Positions 12,959 through 26,602 of a stretch of 64,000 bases of DNA are shown here, piece by piece (position 1 is the stretch's first letter; each line of letters starts with the position of its first letter). The notes below the pieces were generated by a model. That model worked only from the letters and a program-made list of their open reading frames with translations, was not told the DNA's origin and ran no database searches. A program made the translations under genes and the position numbers. The stretch comes from Octopus vulgaris (Eukaryota), in NCBI GenBank assembly GCA_951406725.2, contig OX597828.1, positions 30,628,001 to 30,692,000 on the forward strand, given 5' to 3'.

Positions 12959-12960
<2 letters not shown>
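12750..12960 (-). mobile_element. 3' fragment of RLE-type (R4/Dong-like) non-LTR retrotransposon
   Basis: C-terminus NIQKFALLGTAHILRRTL; flanked on both sides by (ATT)n. Confidence 0.75.
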
Positions 12961-13010
<50 letters not shown>

Positions 13011-13049
13011 ATTATTATTATTATCATTATTATTATTATTATTATCATT

Positions 13050-14040
13050 GCGTTTGCATAAATTCTAACGCTGGATTTGTATTACAGTGTTAGCTGTTCG
13101 CTACTAGTGAACTAAGGTAACACCTCTTATTTTTCGAGCACTTTCCGGTCTATTCGAGCGGTTCCAAGCAGTGCTGTTTTCTGCAAGTGATTCACCCTTA
13201 TTGCAACCCCTCTTTATTCCATGTACTTCTCAATATTGTTACTCACTCTTCCCAGGGCTTCGACAATTATTGCTACTACTACCACCTTTATTCATCGACC
13301 ACAACTGCTTAACCTCCCAAGCTAACCTGTCATATCTCTCGATATCACAAACCTTGTTATCTGCTGGACATTCTATATCTATGATCAATTAAGACTATGT
13401 ATGGTTTCCTATTCCTTATCTCATGGTCGCACTGAATCTTAAAATCCCATAGGATCTTTGTAATATCATGTTCAACGATGCCTTCGGGTTTGTGGTCGTA
13501 CCAATTTTTTACTCTGTCAACTCCATACTTGTTGCAAAGTGTCGAATGGAATAGCCTTGAAATATAGTCGTGGTGCCTCTTACATTCCTTCTAGGCTAAT
13601 GGCACACACAACAGTTTAGACTATTGGAAAAGAAAAAAAAATCTAATATTAGTTCTTTTGTTCTTTTTTTGCTTTCCTGAATACAAGCAAACATTCACTT
13701 ATCCATGAGTGTGGAATCATGTCATAGACTTTCCTATAATCTATCCATGCTATTGCTAGGTATTGCTTTCTAGATTTTACTTCATTTAGAACTGCTGTGT
13801 TTATGTATAATAGATCATACGTTCCTATAGCCTGCTTCTTGAAACGTTTCTGTTCTTCTTAAACTAAATACTCCTTGTCAAGGTCTCCGAAAATGCTTTC
13901 TGAAAGCATTCTTGTTAAGAGTTTCCACACTAAATGTAAGCATGTTGTTGGCCCATAGTTGCTAGCTGTTTTACCCTTGCTCTTATCTTTCATAATAAGT
14001 ATTGTTCCCCTTTCAGTCATCCAATTTCGTATTATTACTT
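13050..14040 (-). mobile_element. R4/Dong-like non-LTR element, internally deleted and decayed
   Basis: RT motifs AWIDYRKVYDMIPHSW and KDKSKG...NYGP; RHHD...WYDHKPEGIVE...KILWDF; QKTALLGTARI; 3' end abuts (TAA)n. Confidence 0.8.
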
Positions 14041-14446
14041 GAAACCTCAGATACCAAGAATCTTCCTAAGTATCATAGCTGTCTCTAATGACACTTATCA
14101 AGGCCAAATACCATACTGATGTCATTGCTAAACCTTACTACATCTGGCCTTCAGTGCTCTAAAACCGTGTTTGTCTGGAAATCAATCAACAAGCCAGATA
14201 ATTTTTGCATTCCCCTTTTCGTACATTACATTTTCCGGTGTATGTTGGTACCAAGCAACCTATCCCTACTATCTATACTTCCAGCATATTAGGCACCGAA
14301 TGTTTTGGGCTACATTGTAGTGTCTGCGTTTTTACTCTTTCTGTGGATGACTACTGTTATAAGCAAACGGAAAATACACACATAAAATTTTAATAAATCG
14401 CATCAGTTATCATCCTAAGGATTATAACAGCTCAAAGACTCTCTAC

Positions 14447-14505
<59 letters not shown>

Positions 14506-14594
14506 CGTGTGTGTGTGTGTGTATGTATGTGTTGTGTGAATGTGTCTGTTTGTGCGTATGTATATACTGACATACATGCATACACACACACATA

Positions 14595-14630
<36 letters not shown>

Positions 14631-14714
14631 GCGTACACACATTCATATACATATATATATACAGAGAGAAAGAGAGAGAGAGAAAGAGAGAGAGAGAGAA
14701 AAAGTAAGAGAGAA

Positions 14715-14860
14715 AGCTAGCTGTCAGACACTTAATACTGCGGGCGTTATTTCGTTCGTCATTACGTGTTGATTTCAAATCCCCTCCAGTTCACCTTTAA
14801 ACACATCATGTTGGGTAAATAAAATAAGTACCAGTCGCTTACTGGACTCGATGTAAATGA
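14715..14860 (+). mobile_element. SINE family B, diverged
   Basis: tatttcgttcgtcattacg...ttcaaatcc...taaaataagtaccagt...actggactcgatgta. Confidence 0.55.
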
Positions 14861-15339
14861 GTCAGTATTTCGTTATATTAGAGAAGGCGAAGTGGATATT
14901 TAAAATCTTAGTTTTTATATATTCATTCTTAAATTAGTAATATTACATAAAATATTTCTTTCTTATTGTAAATATTTTGGCAAAATATTATATGAATATC
15001 CTGACTTCAAATGTTTGTTGCTGTTATTCTCGTTTTTTTCTCGAAAGACATATTTGGATCTTAAATTTAAAGCAGTTTACAAGTCATGATGTCAGAGGAT
15101 TAACGCTGACATAAATGTATACGCTGTCGTAAATATAGTAACAAATGACACAACTTAAAAACATGTAAATATACTTTCAGTTGGAAAGGTCTTTTATTTC
15201 TTGATGTGTTAACAAAAAAGACGGAAGCAACATGTAAAAATTATAATTTATTGAAGTGTAAGAATTAAAACTTACGTTGTAATTATGTACATTATTTACC
15301 ATATTTACATTATTTAACTTTCCTGTGTAGATGTAGAGA

Positions 15340-15400
15340 CTCAGACCTGATGAAGTCTGGAGGGTATATAAGCAGAAACGTTGTGTTAACAACAAACAAG
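15340..15400 (+). ncRNA. decayed hammerhead motif in a pseudo-LTR remnant
   Basis: CUGAUGA (15347-15353) ... GAAAC (15375-15379) with imperfect stem II; short inverted repeat 15287-15318 vs 15421-15442. Confidence 0.5.
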
Positions 15401-17519
15401 ATCAGGACAAATATCCGTCAAATGTAAATAAGGTAAACAATTCGCTGTAAGGGTGATGTTAGCTTAAAGTTACCTAATTTATATATCAAATCAAATGTTT
15501 ATATTTGATTTGATAGAGATTTAATATAGAGAGAAAAGAGGAATTTTATTTTAAAAAAAATTACATAAATCAAGTTTAGAATTTCATAACTTCATTATTT
15601 TAGTAAAATGTGCATACATGAAACAGAGTGTAGATAACAAGTGCTGTAAATGAGAACGTGCGGGATATTTTCGCTATCGCACCTGAAAAATACAATGGAA
15701 TAGTAAAATTGAATGTAAATAATTATAGAAATACGTAATTCAAAATAAAAATGAGCATCGCTTACTCGTTTATCACATAATAATTCATGCAAAATTGTTG
15801 AAGGGGAAGGTATTTGAAAATGAAATTATCTTTACTGAAATAATATTTATAGTTATATGACAACTCCCGAGGTTACTGCTATGACCAAGTACACAGGTTA
15901 GATTTGTGTCTATAAACTGAGTAATATAACATATAGTAACGAGAGCTTTAAGAATGTGTACCTCAATTTGTTGTACGTATATTATGAGGAAAGATTTCAT
16001 TTCTTAACTCTTGAGAAAGAGATTATTGGACAACATAATGTAAACATATTGTAACATAATTCATTTAAATAAATTTATTGATGTTTACATTTATTGTTGC
16101 TTGCACATATCGAGAAATTTGTTAAACAGTTTTGTATTTAATATGTAAACAAAATGTCGAGAAGTATATTATTTGAGTTTCAGTCAAAATTTAAAATCGC
16201 GAAAACCTTGCACCTTTGGAATATGACATAGAGATAGATGACAGAATGGAAAAGTAAATATAAGAATGAAAAACGCCAGTCCTGACGAAATTTAGAAGAT
16301 TTTACCAAGAATATATCAGTTGTTGTTTTCTATAAGTTTGATACTTAAGGATTTTAAATTAGTAATCAGAAAATACACTTCCGCTATGTTTGCAGTGAAA
16401 TGAATTATGAATCTTGTAGTGATAATATGATTCTACCGGTGTACTAAATATCAATTAAATGTGCGATTATAAAATAAAATTGAACTATATATTATAGTTT
16501 GCGTCTGTTTTATGAGGTGGATTATTTTGTCTCCATGTGAAAAAAAATTACAATAATGAAAATGTAATCAAAAGTTCCGTGCCTCACAAATATATTATCT
16601 TTTACGACATTATCATAAAAACATCAACCGATTGATGCACGCAGAAGAAAAAGAGCTTTCACACAAATGCAACTAACCACTTTCAGGACCCGGATTGCTT
16701 TCTTGATCATGCTTGTCTAAGCTCTTGGATTTGATGTTACAGAACCTGAAACACAAAAATTATGAATATATATATATATATATATATTGCCTGAATTTAT
16801 CGTAAAAAATACAAAGACAGTTGTATGAACATTGCGTAGGTGTATTAGATTGATGCTCGGGGAAGTGAATTCCATCTACATATCTGTGTGTTTCTATAAC
16901 ACTAACAAGGAACAATTATTTTGCATTTTAATAACTCAAATATAAAACAGATAGTTAAACTCACTTGTGCTCGGCAATGGTCATTTTCCTATCTTTGTCC
17001 AAACAATCCAGCACATATTTTTCAAAGTCTTGCATCACAAACTTGAAAGATCTCAAACTTGCATAAGAAACAAGAAACGAAGGAAACAAAATATTTTATT
17101 TACTCACGAGAAAAAAAAATGCGTGGATTAGGTTTGAAAACTTTGCATAAACAACATTTTATAAGTACCAAAATAAAGCATAAGATGTGGCAATAACATT
17201 TATTGTAATGTAACGTTTTAAAAATATTTTCTGCGGTTTTATTTTTTCCATATATTCTATGTTTTATTTATTTATCTTCTATATATATATATATGTGTGT
17301 TTGTGTGTGTATGTGTGCATTTGTGTGTGAGTGTGTATGTGTATGCATATGTGTGTTTGCGTTTGCGTGAGTGTGCATGTTTGTATGTGTGTACACATAC
17401 TTTTGTTTGTCCCTTACGCCGTGGAACGCTGGACTTTTTCTTTCTATCCGCATGCCACAATGTTGACAGAAATACCATATATGCAAACATATTCACTTAG
17501 TCTATTGTATGTGGGTTTT

Positions 17520-17800
17520 CTGTGATTTATCACGGATAGTAAGAAAGAAACAACATGAAATTTTGTTTTGAACTTTGGAGGTCTGCTACAGAGACATTGA
17601 TCATACTTCGGCCTGCATGCTTACGGCGACGAGGCATTGGGTCGTACGGAATGTTCTAACTGGTACGGGTGCGTCAAATGTGAAAGAACGACGCCAGAAA
17701 ATCATCAGTCACCTGGAAGATTTGCCATCAGTGTTACCTTTGGAAATGTAGTATTATGCATCAAGAATTCGTCCCCAAAGTCCAGACGATTAATCGAAAG
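17520..17800 (+). mobile_element. mariner transposase N-terminal fragment
   Basis: NMKFCFELWRSATET...AYGDEAL... resembles the mariner HTH region. Confidence 0.6.
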
Positions 17801-18213
17801 GTTTTGAAGTATTTGAGAGGAGTTCATTCGTCGAAAGCACGAAGGGTTGTATTGTTCACAATAATCATGACACTGACCTAACCTCAATGGTGAGTTTCTC
17901 ACCCAAACAAAATAGTATGGCTTCCATAGTATAGATACTAAGTTGCAAATCTCTAACATTAACGCTAGTCCCGTTAATATAACGCTTCGATAACGTTTGA
18001 ATATCGCCGATGATGTTGTATCACCTGTATACAATCGAGAATATAATACACAATATACCTCTTCCACCTCTGATAAATATATATATATATATATATATAG
18101 TAGTAAAAGAAAAGAGGAATTTCGGTTGTCCCCACGTGGCTGATTGTAATGTATATAAGAAATTAAAAACGGAAAATACGCACACTTACATGGTTATAGT
18201 ATAATTTTTAATG

Positions 18214-18246
18214 TATCGACCGGTTTCGCAATCGCTATTCATGATA
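18214..18246 (-). ncRNA. minimal hammerhead motif, A3-U8 core variant
   Basis: UAUC-AUGAAUA-GC-GAUU-GC-GAA-ACC/GGU-C-GAUA; GUC triplet, palindromic stem III. Confidence 0.7.
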
Positions 18247-19079
18247 TTATGTTTAATTTATATGAAAATATAATTTTTCTTAAGAAGAAATTGGGTCCAT
18301 GTTGTTTGTAATGAAATTCACGAGTGAATGATTTTATAAGTTGACAAGTAAAGGGAGGTAATTGGTTGTTATTATTATTATTGTTGTGTGTAAGGGAGAT
18401 AACTGTTTAGGTTTTGGGTGGGGAATAAAATGCGTAAAACAAACACCTTTACACCTGGTAAATGCTTCAGCACTTTTGGACCTGAGAAATTACCCACTGC
18501 TTAAAATTTCAACCAGATGCTTACAGTAATCTTGCAGGGACCAATGTAGCATGTGTGTTCACACAATTGTAATTATAATATAAATCACTTAATTACATAC
18601 GATAAATTAAATCTGTTGAATATCACACATGAGTACAGAACATTAAATCATATAGAAGTGTTTACTTTGTTACTAAGCGACAGTTTATGAGATTGACAGT
18701 TGCATAGCGACAGCTTTGCTTTTGAAGCATCAGAAGTTAGTAGACACTGGGAAGAAAATGTACGGAAATACATGGTTATGAATACTGGTAATTAATATAT
18801 GAAGGGAACCAGAAGGTAGGCAAATGTACTACATGTTAATTCGATGAAAATTTTGCATCAGTAGAATTCATTAGATGTAATATTTACAGACAATGAGTTA
18901 AGACTAAATTTGATTTTCAAAAGACAAGATAAATTTGAAAGGGTTTTTGTCTTTTTCTGTATATAGGAAGAAGAGAAAATGCGGAACACTTTAAAGTATA
19001 AAAGTTTCATACAAGTTCCAAATGCTGAACTATCATTACTATTTGTAGCATATTCATAATACCGTTGAACTGTAAAAGA

Positions 19080-19280
19080 TACCCCCGGCAGGGGGTGGTA
19101 GCGACCCCTGTTGTACTCTTTCTCCTCCCACTTTCTCTCACCCTCTCTCTTTCTGTTTCTCTCGAGCAACGCTGCGATGGACTGGCGTACCGTCCAGTTG
19201 GGGGGGAACACATACACCAAAGAAACCGAGAAACCGGGGCCCATGAGCCTAAATAGGCTTGAAAAGGGCGCATAAACAAC
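19080..19280 (+). mobile_element. SINE family C (Meta/V-like core), 3' part
   Basis: gctgcgatggactggcgtaccgtccag...gaaaccggggcccatgagcct...aaaagggcg; copies at 50700 and 52884. Confidence 0.7.
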
Positions 19281-20369
19281 CTTAAGATATAGATGTATAC
19301 TTACAAACGCAGATCTTCAAGGAGAAGAACAGTAATATCATCATTTGTGACCTCCATGCTAAAATGAAAATTTTGGAAATAATAAAGCTATTAATCTCTA
19401 TTGGTACAAAATACAATGAGCATTGTACAGACAGACAGACAGACAGGCAGACATACATACATATAGATTCAGGGACGTGCGCACAAAGACAGTTCTATTG
19501 ATTTGCATGATATTCATATAGAATAGTAAATGCGTAGTAAAGGAAATTTCAGTAAAACCAGCTAGCTCAACAATTAAAATTTTTTTTGTGTTTTACTGTA
19601 TTTAAATATAAACTAATGGGGAAATGACATAGACAATACATTATTATATACATGATATATGGTATAAGATGACATACATACATACATACATACATGCATA
19701 CATACGTACATATATATATATGGTTGGTAAACGGACTTTTACAGTCGGCTTTTCGATGTCCCCATTGGCGGCGTTATACTTATCTTGCTTATAAATGATA
19801 CCTTAGACAATTAGCAACCTGTCACACCACTAAAATGAAAATAATCCTTGGAAATAATTTTTTGAAAAAGCTTTTTAAGAAATATATGAATAACCCTAGC
19901 AAGGGGAAATTACTCCCATTAGGCGAATGATGTTTTGTTTTTGGAAGCAAAAGCTGGAATTTTATATACCCTTAGGATTCTTTGACGACGTTAATTTTTT
20001 GACAAGCAGGCCTAGACGAACACACGTACACAAAAAATATTAGGTATTTTTTGTCTCGCCCCCAAAAAATACACCCAGTATTTTTTAAAATATTCAGAAT
20101 TTTAGTTTTGGTCACACAGAACATCTCCACACCCCTTGCTCTCAAATACTGGATTTGACCGCCGCTTGACCTGTAAATATCTTCAACGCACCCACCACCC
20201 GATTTCAACGTACATTGATAATCAGTTCACCCATGGGCTCTTAAAGAGCCGCCTTCCTTATTTAATCAGAATTTGGAAAATTGTGGCTTTTGAAACATGG
20301 GTAGAATGCAATAAAAGGAATTCTGTTCAATCTTCGTTCAACTCCATATATATATATATATATATATAT

Positions 20370-20612
20370 ATTTCATAATTATGAGTATAATTATAATAAA
20401 GGTTCAGCAAAAATTTGCTTAACCACATACAGAACTTTAGAAATAGCAGCCAAGGAACCTTAGCTATTTCTTCTACTATAAGAAGAAACTCCTGGACAAA
20501 ATACAGTAGAAGAAACAGCCAAGGATCCATGGCTGCTATTTCGAAAGTTCGGTATGTGGTTAAGCAAATTTTTGCTGAACCCTTATTATAATTATACTCA
20601 TAATTATAAAAT
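20370..20612. repeat. fold-back palindrome, ~108 bp arms, ~27 nt spacer
   Basis: ataattatgagtataattataataa...gttcagcaaaaatttgcttaaccacatac and its reverse complement at 20505-20612; left end abuts (TA)n. Confidence 0.88.
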
Positions 20613-20715
20613 ATTGATTAAATGTACCGAAAAATGGTCCTTTTAAAATCGAATACTACTTGCTGGAATTCTTAATTACTAGTTAATTAATTAATTTTAC
20701 CCTTTATTATTATTG

Positions 20716-20746
<31 letters not shown>

Positions 20747-20942
20747 ATTAAATTAAACAGCACATGGATTTAATCACATGGATCTCAATCCTCCAAGGTA
20801 ATGTTTTCACGAACTATCATTAAACTCGAGATACATAAAGACTTTACAATGTATCGGTGGACTTATTTTTTAATTTTTGTATATGTTTATTATTATTTTT
20901 TTTGCCAAAAACAATGTAATTTTCTTTTTCTTTTAAACTTAC

Positions 20943-20984
20943 AATTCTTGAAATGTCACATTGTGACGAAAACCGGTTTGAATT
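20943..20984 (+). ncRNA. minimal hammerhead-like motif, U3-A8 with A9U
   Basis: AAUUC-UUGAAAU-GUCAC-AUU-GUGAC-GAA-AACC/GGUU-U-GAAUU; all three stems pair perfectly. Confidence 0.7.
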
Positions 20985-21090
20985 AATATATATAAATTTT
21001 ATTAATTTTTCAAAATTTTACATACACCCATTTTCATTAAAATTTTCCTTAAATTTAGCATTCTGGCTTTTTATAATTTTTCCTTGCCTA

Positions 21091-21143
<53 letters not shown>

Positions 21144-21519
21144 TACACAACGGATTTCTTTCAATAATCTGTCTGCTATTTCTACTCACAAATTCCTTGG
21201 TCATTCCGAAGCCGTTTTAGAAATTACTTAATTAATTCACCACGCAGTTGAATTGAACATAGAAGGATGCGGATACCGCACAGGCCTTCCTTTATGTCTC
21301 ACTACATTACGAAAGAGAGTTCTCTTTCATATGAAAATAAACGCTTCAAATGAGAAAAAAATGGATGTGTATTGCGGCATAATTAACCTTAAGTATAATC
21401 AATATGTGTATGTGTTTGTATGTGCGTATGTGTGTGTGTGTGTATGTGTATGTGTGTGTGTGTGTGTGTGTGATTAAAAGACAGATACGTAAGATGGAAT
21501 GTATCTAGAATCTTTATTA

Positions 21520-21626
21520 GCCCAACAGTTGTTTCAACTCCATTCTGCACTTCTCTCTAAGGGGCATAGAACAATGTAATTAGATCGGATTCAACGCGCA
21601 TTGAATTAAGAGCCTCATCAGGTGAC
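21520..21626 (-). ncRNA. decayed hammerhead motif with long stem II insertion
   Basis: CUGAUGA-GGCUC-(~75 nt)-GAGUU-GAA-ACAA/CUGU-U; stem I imperfect. Confidence 0.5.
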
Positions 21627-21899
21627 GTAACATGCTTCAAAAGTCACTAGATTTACATTTCATTTTTACTCCTAACACTGTGTTAGGGTAGGATGGTACG
21701 CTTTAGCAATCTTCCTACTGATGGTGTCTCGATAAAAATAGCTTAGGAATAGATAGATAGAGAGACAGATAAATAGATAGACCTATAGATAGAGAGATAG
21801 ATATCGGTAAGTCAAATTTTTCGTTTGTTGTCTTTTTATTTAATCTTGAATACACACACACACACACACACACACGTTTATATGTATTTATATGTATAA

Positions 21900-22160
21900 A
21901 TTTGATTGTGTGTGTCATTGTGTCTGTGTTTACCTACCACCATCACAACCACTATCGCTTGACAACCAATGTTGGAGTGATTGCATCACCGTAATGTAGC
22001 GGTTCGGCATAAGACGTCGATGAAATAAGTACTAGGATTTTGAAGAGTAAATCCTAGGTTCGATTTCTTCGACTATAAACCCTTGAAGGCGGAAGGCGGT
22101 GTTCCAGCATGACTGCAGACGAATGACAGACAAATCGGAGAATAAAGGAATAAAAGAATA
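21900..22160 (+). mobile_element. SINE family A, 3' half
   Basis: atcgcttgacaacc...agcggttcggc...aaggcggtgttccagcat, homologous to 5590-5770. Confidence 0.75.
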
Positions 22161-22989
22161 TATGTGTGTGTATATGTGTTTTCGAACAAAGATAAATACA
22201 TGTGTATGCGGACTAGAAATTATTAACTGCGAGCCACAAGATAACAGTTGAAGTATGGAGTTAGCAAATTAATTAATATGAAATATCAAAAGAAAAACTT
22301 ACTCCCTCCACTCATTGACATCTTGCACTCTAGAAATGAAAAGAAATACATCTGTTATTTTCTCTGATAAAAACATTGCAAATCCTGTAAATTTTATGAA
22401 ATTCTGTTTGGGGAAAAATGTCTGAACCATGTGGAATGTAAATGACTACAAATAGAATCACATATGTTAATTAAGAACATACATGACTACAATTATAAGT
22501 AACAGAAAAAGGTATTTGTCGAGTACTCAAGCTTTATGCAGGATGCAAGGAAATGCAGTGTATAAGTTGAATTCAGACTGCTGAAGTTATAGCAGTACCA
22601 AAAATCCAAATATATCATATTGATGAAAGGTAATGAAAGATTATAAAAAAGCAAAAAAAAAAAAAACCCTTTACGTTTAAGGAATCGATGTATATATGGG
22701 AGTGATTCTACGGCAAGGATTGTGCACGTGTAATAAAGGTACATGCAGATATTACTCTTTTTGTTTAACCATATGATTTAAAATATATTTCCATAATTTT
22801 CTCATTTTAAGTTTAGATATCATTTTTCATATCAACAGTACATAATATTTATAACGGTTGAATATTTTTTCATCGCATAAAAACAGTCACCAGTTTCTCA
22901 CAGATTACATATAGGGTCGTATTTGTGCGTTTTGATTATGTATTTATGCTTACTTATATATATAAAGTCATGTGTGTATATGAATATAT

Positions 22990-23375
22990 ATACGTATACA
23001 TACATACATACATACATACATGCATACATACATGCATACATATATACATGCATACATACATACATGCATACATACATACATACATACATACATGCATACA
23101 TATATACATGCATACATACATGCATACATACATACTTACATACATACATACATACATATACATACATACATACATACATACATACATACATACAAGCATA
23201 CATACAAACATACATACATACATACATGCATACATACATGCATACATATATACATGCATACATACATACATGCACACATACATACATACATACATACATA
23301 CATACATGCATGCATACATATATACATACATACATACATACATACATACATACATACATACATACATACGTACGT
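22990..23375. repeat. (CATA)n compound microsatellite
   Basis: Direct reading; source of several spurious ORFs. Confidence 0.95.
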
Positions 23376-24049
23376 ATGTGGTATTCGTTTCAAAACTGGA
23401 ATTGGAGTGGTCATTTAATGCCGCAGAATGGGAAGAGAACCGTAATATATGTCATAGTTATTCACTAACATTTGTTGACAGGCAGAGAAAAAAACTGTGA
23501 ACTGCGAGTATATACATTAGAACGTTCTTTGCGTAGCGGGAAAATAAAATCATTTAAGTTCTATTTCCATGTTAAAACAATGAATATTAAGTTTATTAAT
23601 TTACATATTTTGCTATGTCATAATCCGTAGCAAGATAACTTTTAGTCTATGTCAATCATACATTTTGTTTGTTACAATGAAGTTCTATATTATAGGAAGG
23701 ATCAATAATGCTTTAATTTGGAGAAACACTTTTTTCAAAATATAAAGACTAGCTTCGTGACACAAATGTGTATTGCCGTCCGTGTTTGTTTCGTCTACCC
23801 TGAGTAGATTTTGCTAAAAATTGCGCCCAACTTTAAAATATATAATTTAGTCTTATTTTAAATCAAGTTAACATGATGACCATTTGAAATCAATATTCTA
23901 TGACGTATATCCTTCGTAAGAGAAACAATTGGTATCATTGACAACTAAAAATATCAATGACCACCAGGCTAGCCTGGGTATTAAATGTCGTCATAGAGCA
24001 GGGGTAGGACACACCCACTTAACAGAGATTAATATTATATACTTAATAA

Positions 24050-24480
24050 GGTTGCGAGTTGGCAGGCACATTAGCACGCCTGGCGAAATGCTTGGCGGTA
24101 TTTCGTCCGCCGTTACCTCTTGAGTTCAAATTCCGCCGAGGTCCTCTTTTCCTTTCATCCTTTCGGGGTCGATTAAATAAGTACCAGTTAAGCACTGGGG
24201 TCGATATAATCGACTGAATCTGTTGGTCTGTCCTTGTTTGTCCTCTCTCTGTTTAGCTCCTTGTGGGTAGTAAAGAAATAGAAATAGGTATTTTGTCTGC
24301 CTTTAATGTTCTGAGTTCAAATTCCACCGAGGTCGACTTTGCCTTTCATCATTTCGCGGTCGGTTAAATAAGTTCTAGTTACGCACTGCGGTTAATGCAA
24401 TCGACTTAATCCGTTTGTCTGCCATTGTTTGTCTCCTTTATGGTTAGTCACTTGTGTGCTATAAAAATAGATATTATATA
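24050..24480 (+). mobile_element. SINE family B with internal tandem duplication of the core
   Basis: gagttcaaattcc.ccgaggtc...cctttcatc.tttcg.ggtcg.ttaaataagt occurs at 24122 and again at 24313. Confidence 0.8.
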
Positions 24481-24883
24481 CTTACTGAGTTGCGCTGCTG
24501 CTACTGCCTGCATTGCTGTTGAATGTGTAAAGGAAAATGTGACAGTTGAATTTATTAACGAAAATGAAGTCAATTTGAATAATGTAAACAATTAGGAATA
24601 TAAAATCATACAGCTGTTTTGCTTTCTGTTACAGAAATTTCAAATTTACTCAATTCTATTCATATATATCTATTCGAACTTGATGCTGGTACATTGTCAT
24701 CATATTCATGTGGTGCTGTGCTGGGTGTCATTGTTGTATTAAGGATGGTTCTAGGACAATAAAACTATAATTCAGGAAGTGACAGCGCTTTCTGTTTTGT
24801 ATGTATGTCACCAGACAACCAAAAGTCTCATCAGTTGGTAATGGATTATTGTATTGCAGTGATTATTGTGTACGTATTTACTA

Positions 24884-24916
<33 letters not shown>

Positions 24917-25639
24917 CGTGTGTGTGTGTGTGTGTGCATTTATGTATATGTGTACGTGTTTGCGTGTGTGTGTATGTGTCAGTATGCGTGTGTATATATA
25001 GATAAACCTGTTTGACTAGCGTAGGCTAATATGACATGCATGATCAAGCGATACGCCACATGACCGTCAGGTATATGTATTTTACTTCCTTGTTACGCAT
25101 TGATCTTGGCTAATGAGCACAGTCAAACTAAGAAATGATTCATGAGAAAGTTGTATAACTGCAACTCAATATTATTGAACTTGTTTTTAAATATGAACGT
25201 AATTCAATATAGGAAGCAAAATGCATGAATTACATAACTTGCAATGTTCAAAACTGTTGCAGAACACATTTATGTTTACGCAAATTATTCATTTTGATTG
25301 TGAGCGTAAAAACCCTTAAAAAGAGGAACCCATGTTGTTAATTTGTAGAATAATCCATTTTTCAAACGACGTTTCTTCGATATATTAATACTTGCTATTT
25401 CACACAACATTCTGTGTTCACCTTTTTCTGTTTCTTCTACCTAGGTTTGTTTCTTCACTAATATTTGCAACTGAATTTAATATACACCCGTTATTCTTAT
25501 TGAGAAAATATAACAAAATTTATACTGCATATTGATATTTTACGCAAGGCATATATTTCCTAAGGGAGACATTAAATCCATGTTGATTGTGAACTCTACC
25601 AGCTAAGGTTATATACTATATACACTTGAAATAGATCCA

Positions 25640-26400
25640 TTATTAACATAACATTCATGGTTTAGTGTTGAGCTAAATTTGATGTTGTTTGTTAGCATTT
25701 AAAGCCTGTGCACTTGTGATATTAAAGAGACTGATGTTCATCTTGAACATTTACAGCTGGATGCTATTGTTAAAACATACATGATATGGACGCTTTTTAT
25801 TCTGACTTTCCATCACCTATGTCCTGCAGAGTAGGGTATCGTTAATGAAAGGAGAAATATATGAGATTGGTGGATTCTATGAAAGATACAGTTCACTGTA
25901 TCATTAGAGTCCCTAGCAAATGACGAGCGATGACAAGTCATATTCGGATATTGTGATATGTGCGCAAGCTGGCAAGGATTACTTATAAGATATAGATTCT
26001 GAAGAATATTTAAGGTTGATATTGTGAGTGAAATATTTATATAGTATGCTATGGAAAGAATTATTTAACTAGTATATGCTTTGCTTGTGTATGTGGTTTA
26101 TGCAATCGACGTCTCGGTACTAGGGGGCAGAGGGGTTTGGAATCTGGTGTATAAGATTAATATGGATGAAGTTCTCGCTTAGATGTTTAATGATATGCTA
26201 CATGTTCTCATAGGAGTTTTAGCATGATTTTAACGGAAGAGCAAGTTATCAATCAACTGTCGCATTTTGCCAGTAACACCGTGCCTGATAACATAGAGTT
26301 CCTTAATTTCTATCTCGCTGGAACACAAATCTTGATCACGTGTTTGTACACGTGATTGAATATTACATCAATCGAATATTTAGGATAATTCAGGTTTCAG
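25640..26400 (-). mobile_element. decayed PLE C-terminal/GIY-YIG remnant
   Basis: ESTNLIYF...QDIG resembles the STNLIY...YIGET region of the GIY-YIG domain; many stops. Confidence 0.45.
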
Positions 26401-26467
26401 TACTTACTCTCCTATTCCCAGGATGCCTAAGAGGCCTTCAGATCTGAAAAATATTGATATATAAACA

Positions 26468-26502
<35 letters not shown>

Positions 26503-26547
26503 TCACACATACACACACATGCACACACAAGCACACACACGCGTATG

Positions 26548-26599
<52 letters not shown>

Positions 26600-26602
<3 letters not shown>

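Noticed and set aside
16281-16310. CUGACGA core match
   Set aside because: No properly placed GAAA or stems
22500-22635. Exon-like segment ending in AAG/GTAATG
   Set aside because: Stops in all three frames; no supporting neighbouring exons
23895-23940. AUGACGU...GAAACAAUUGGUA
   Set aside because: Stems inconsistent; could be chance
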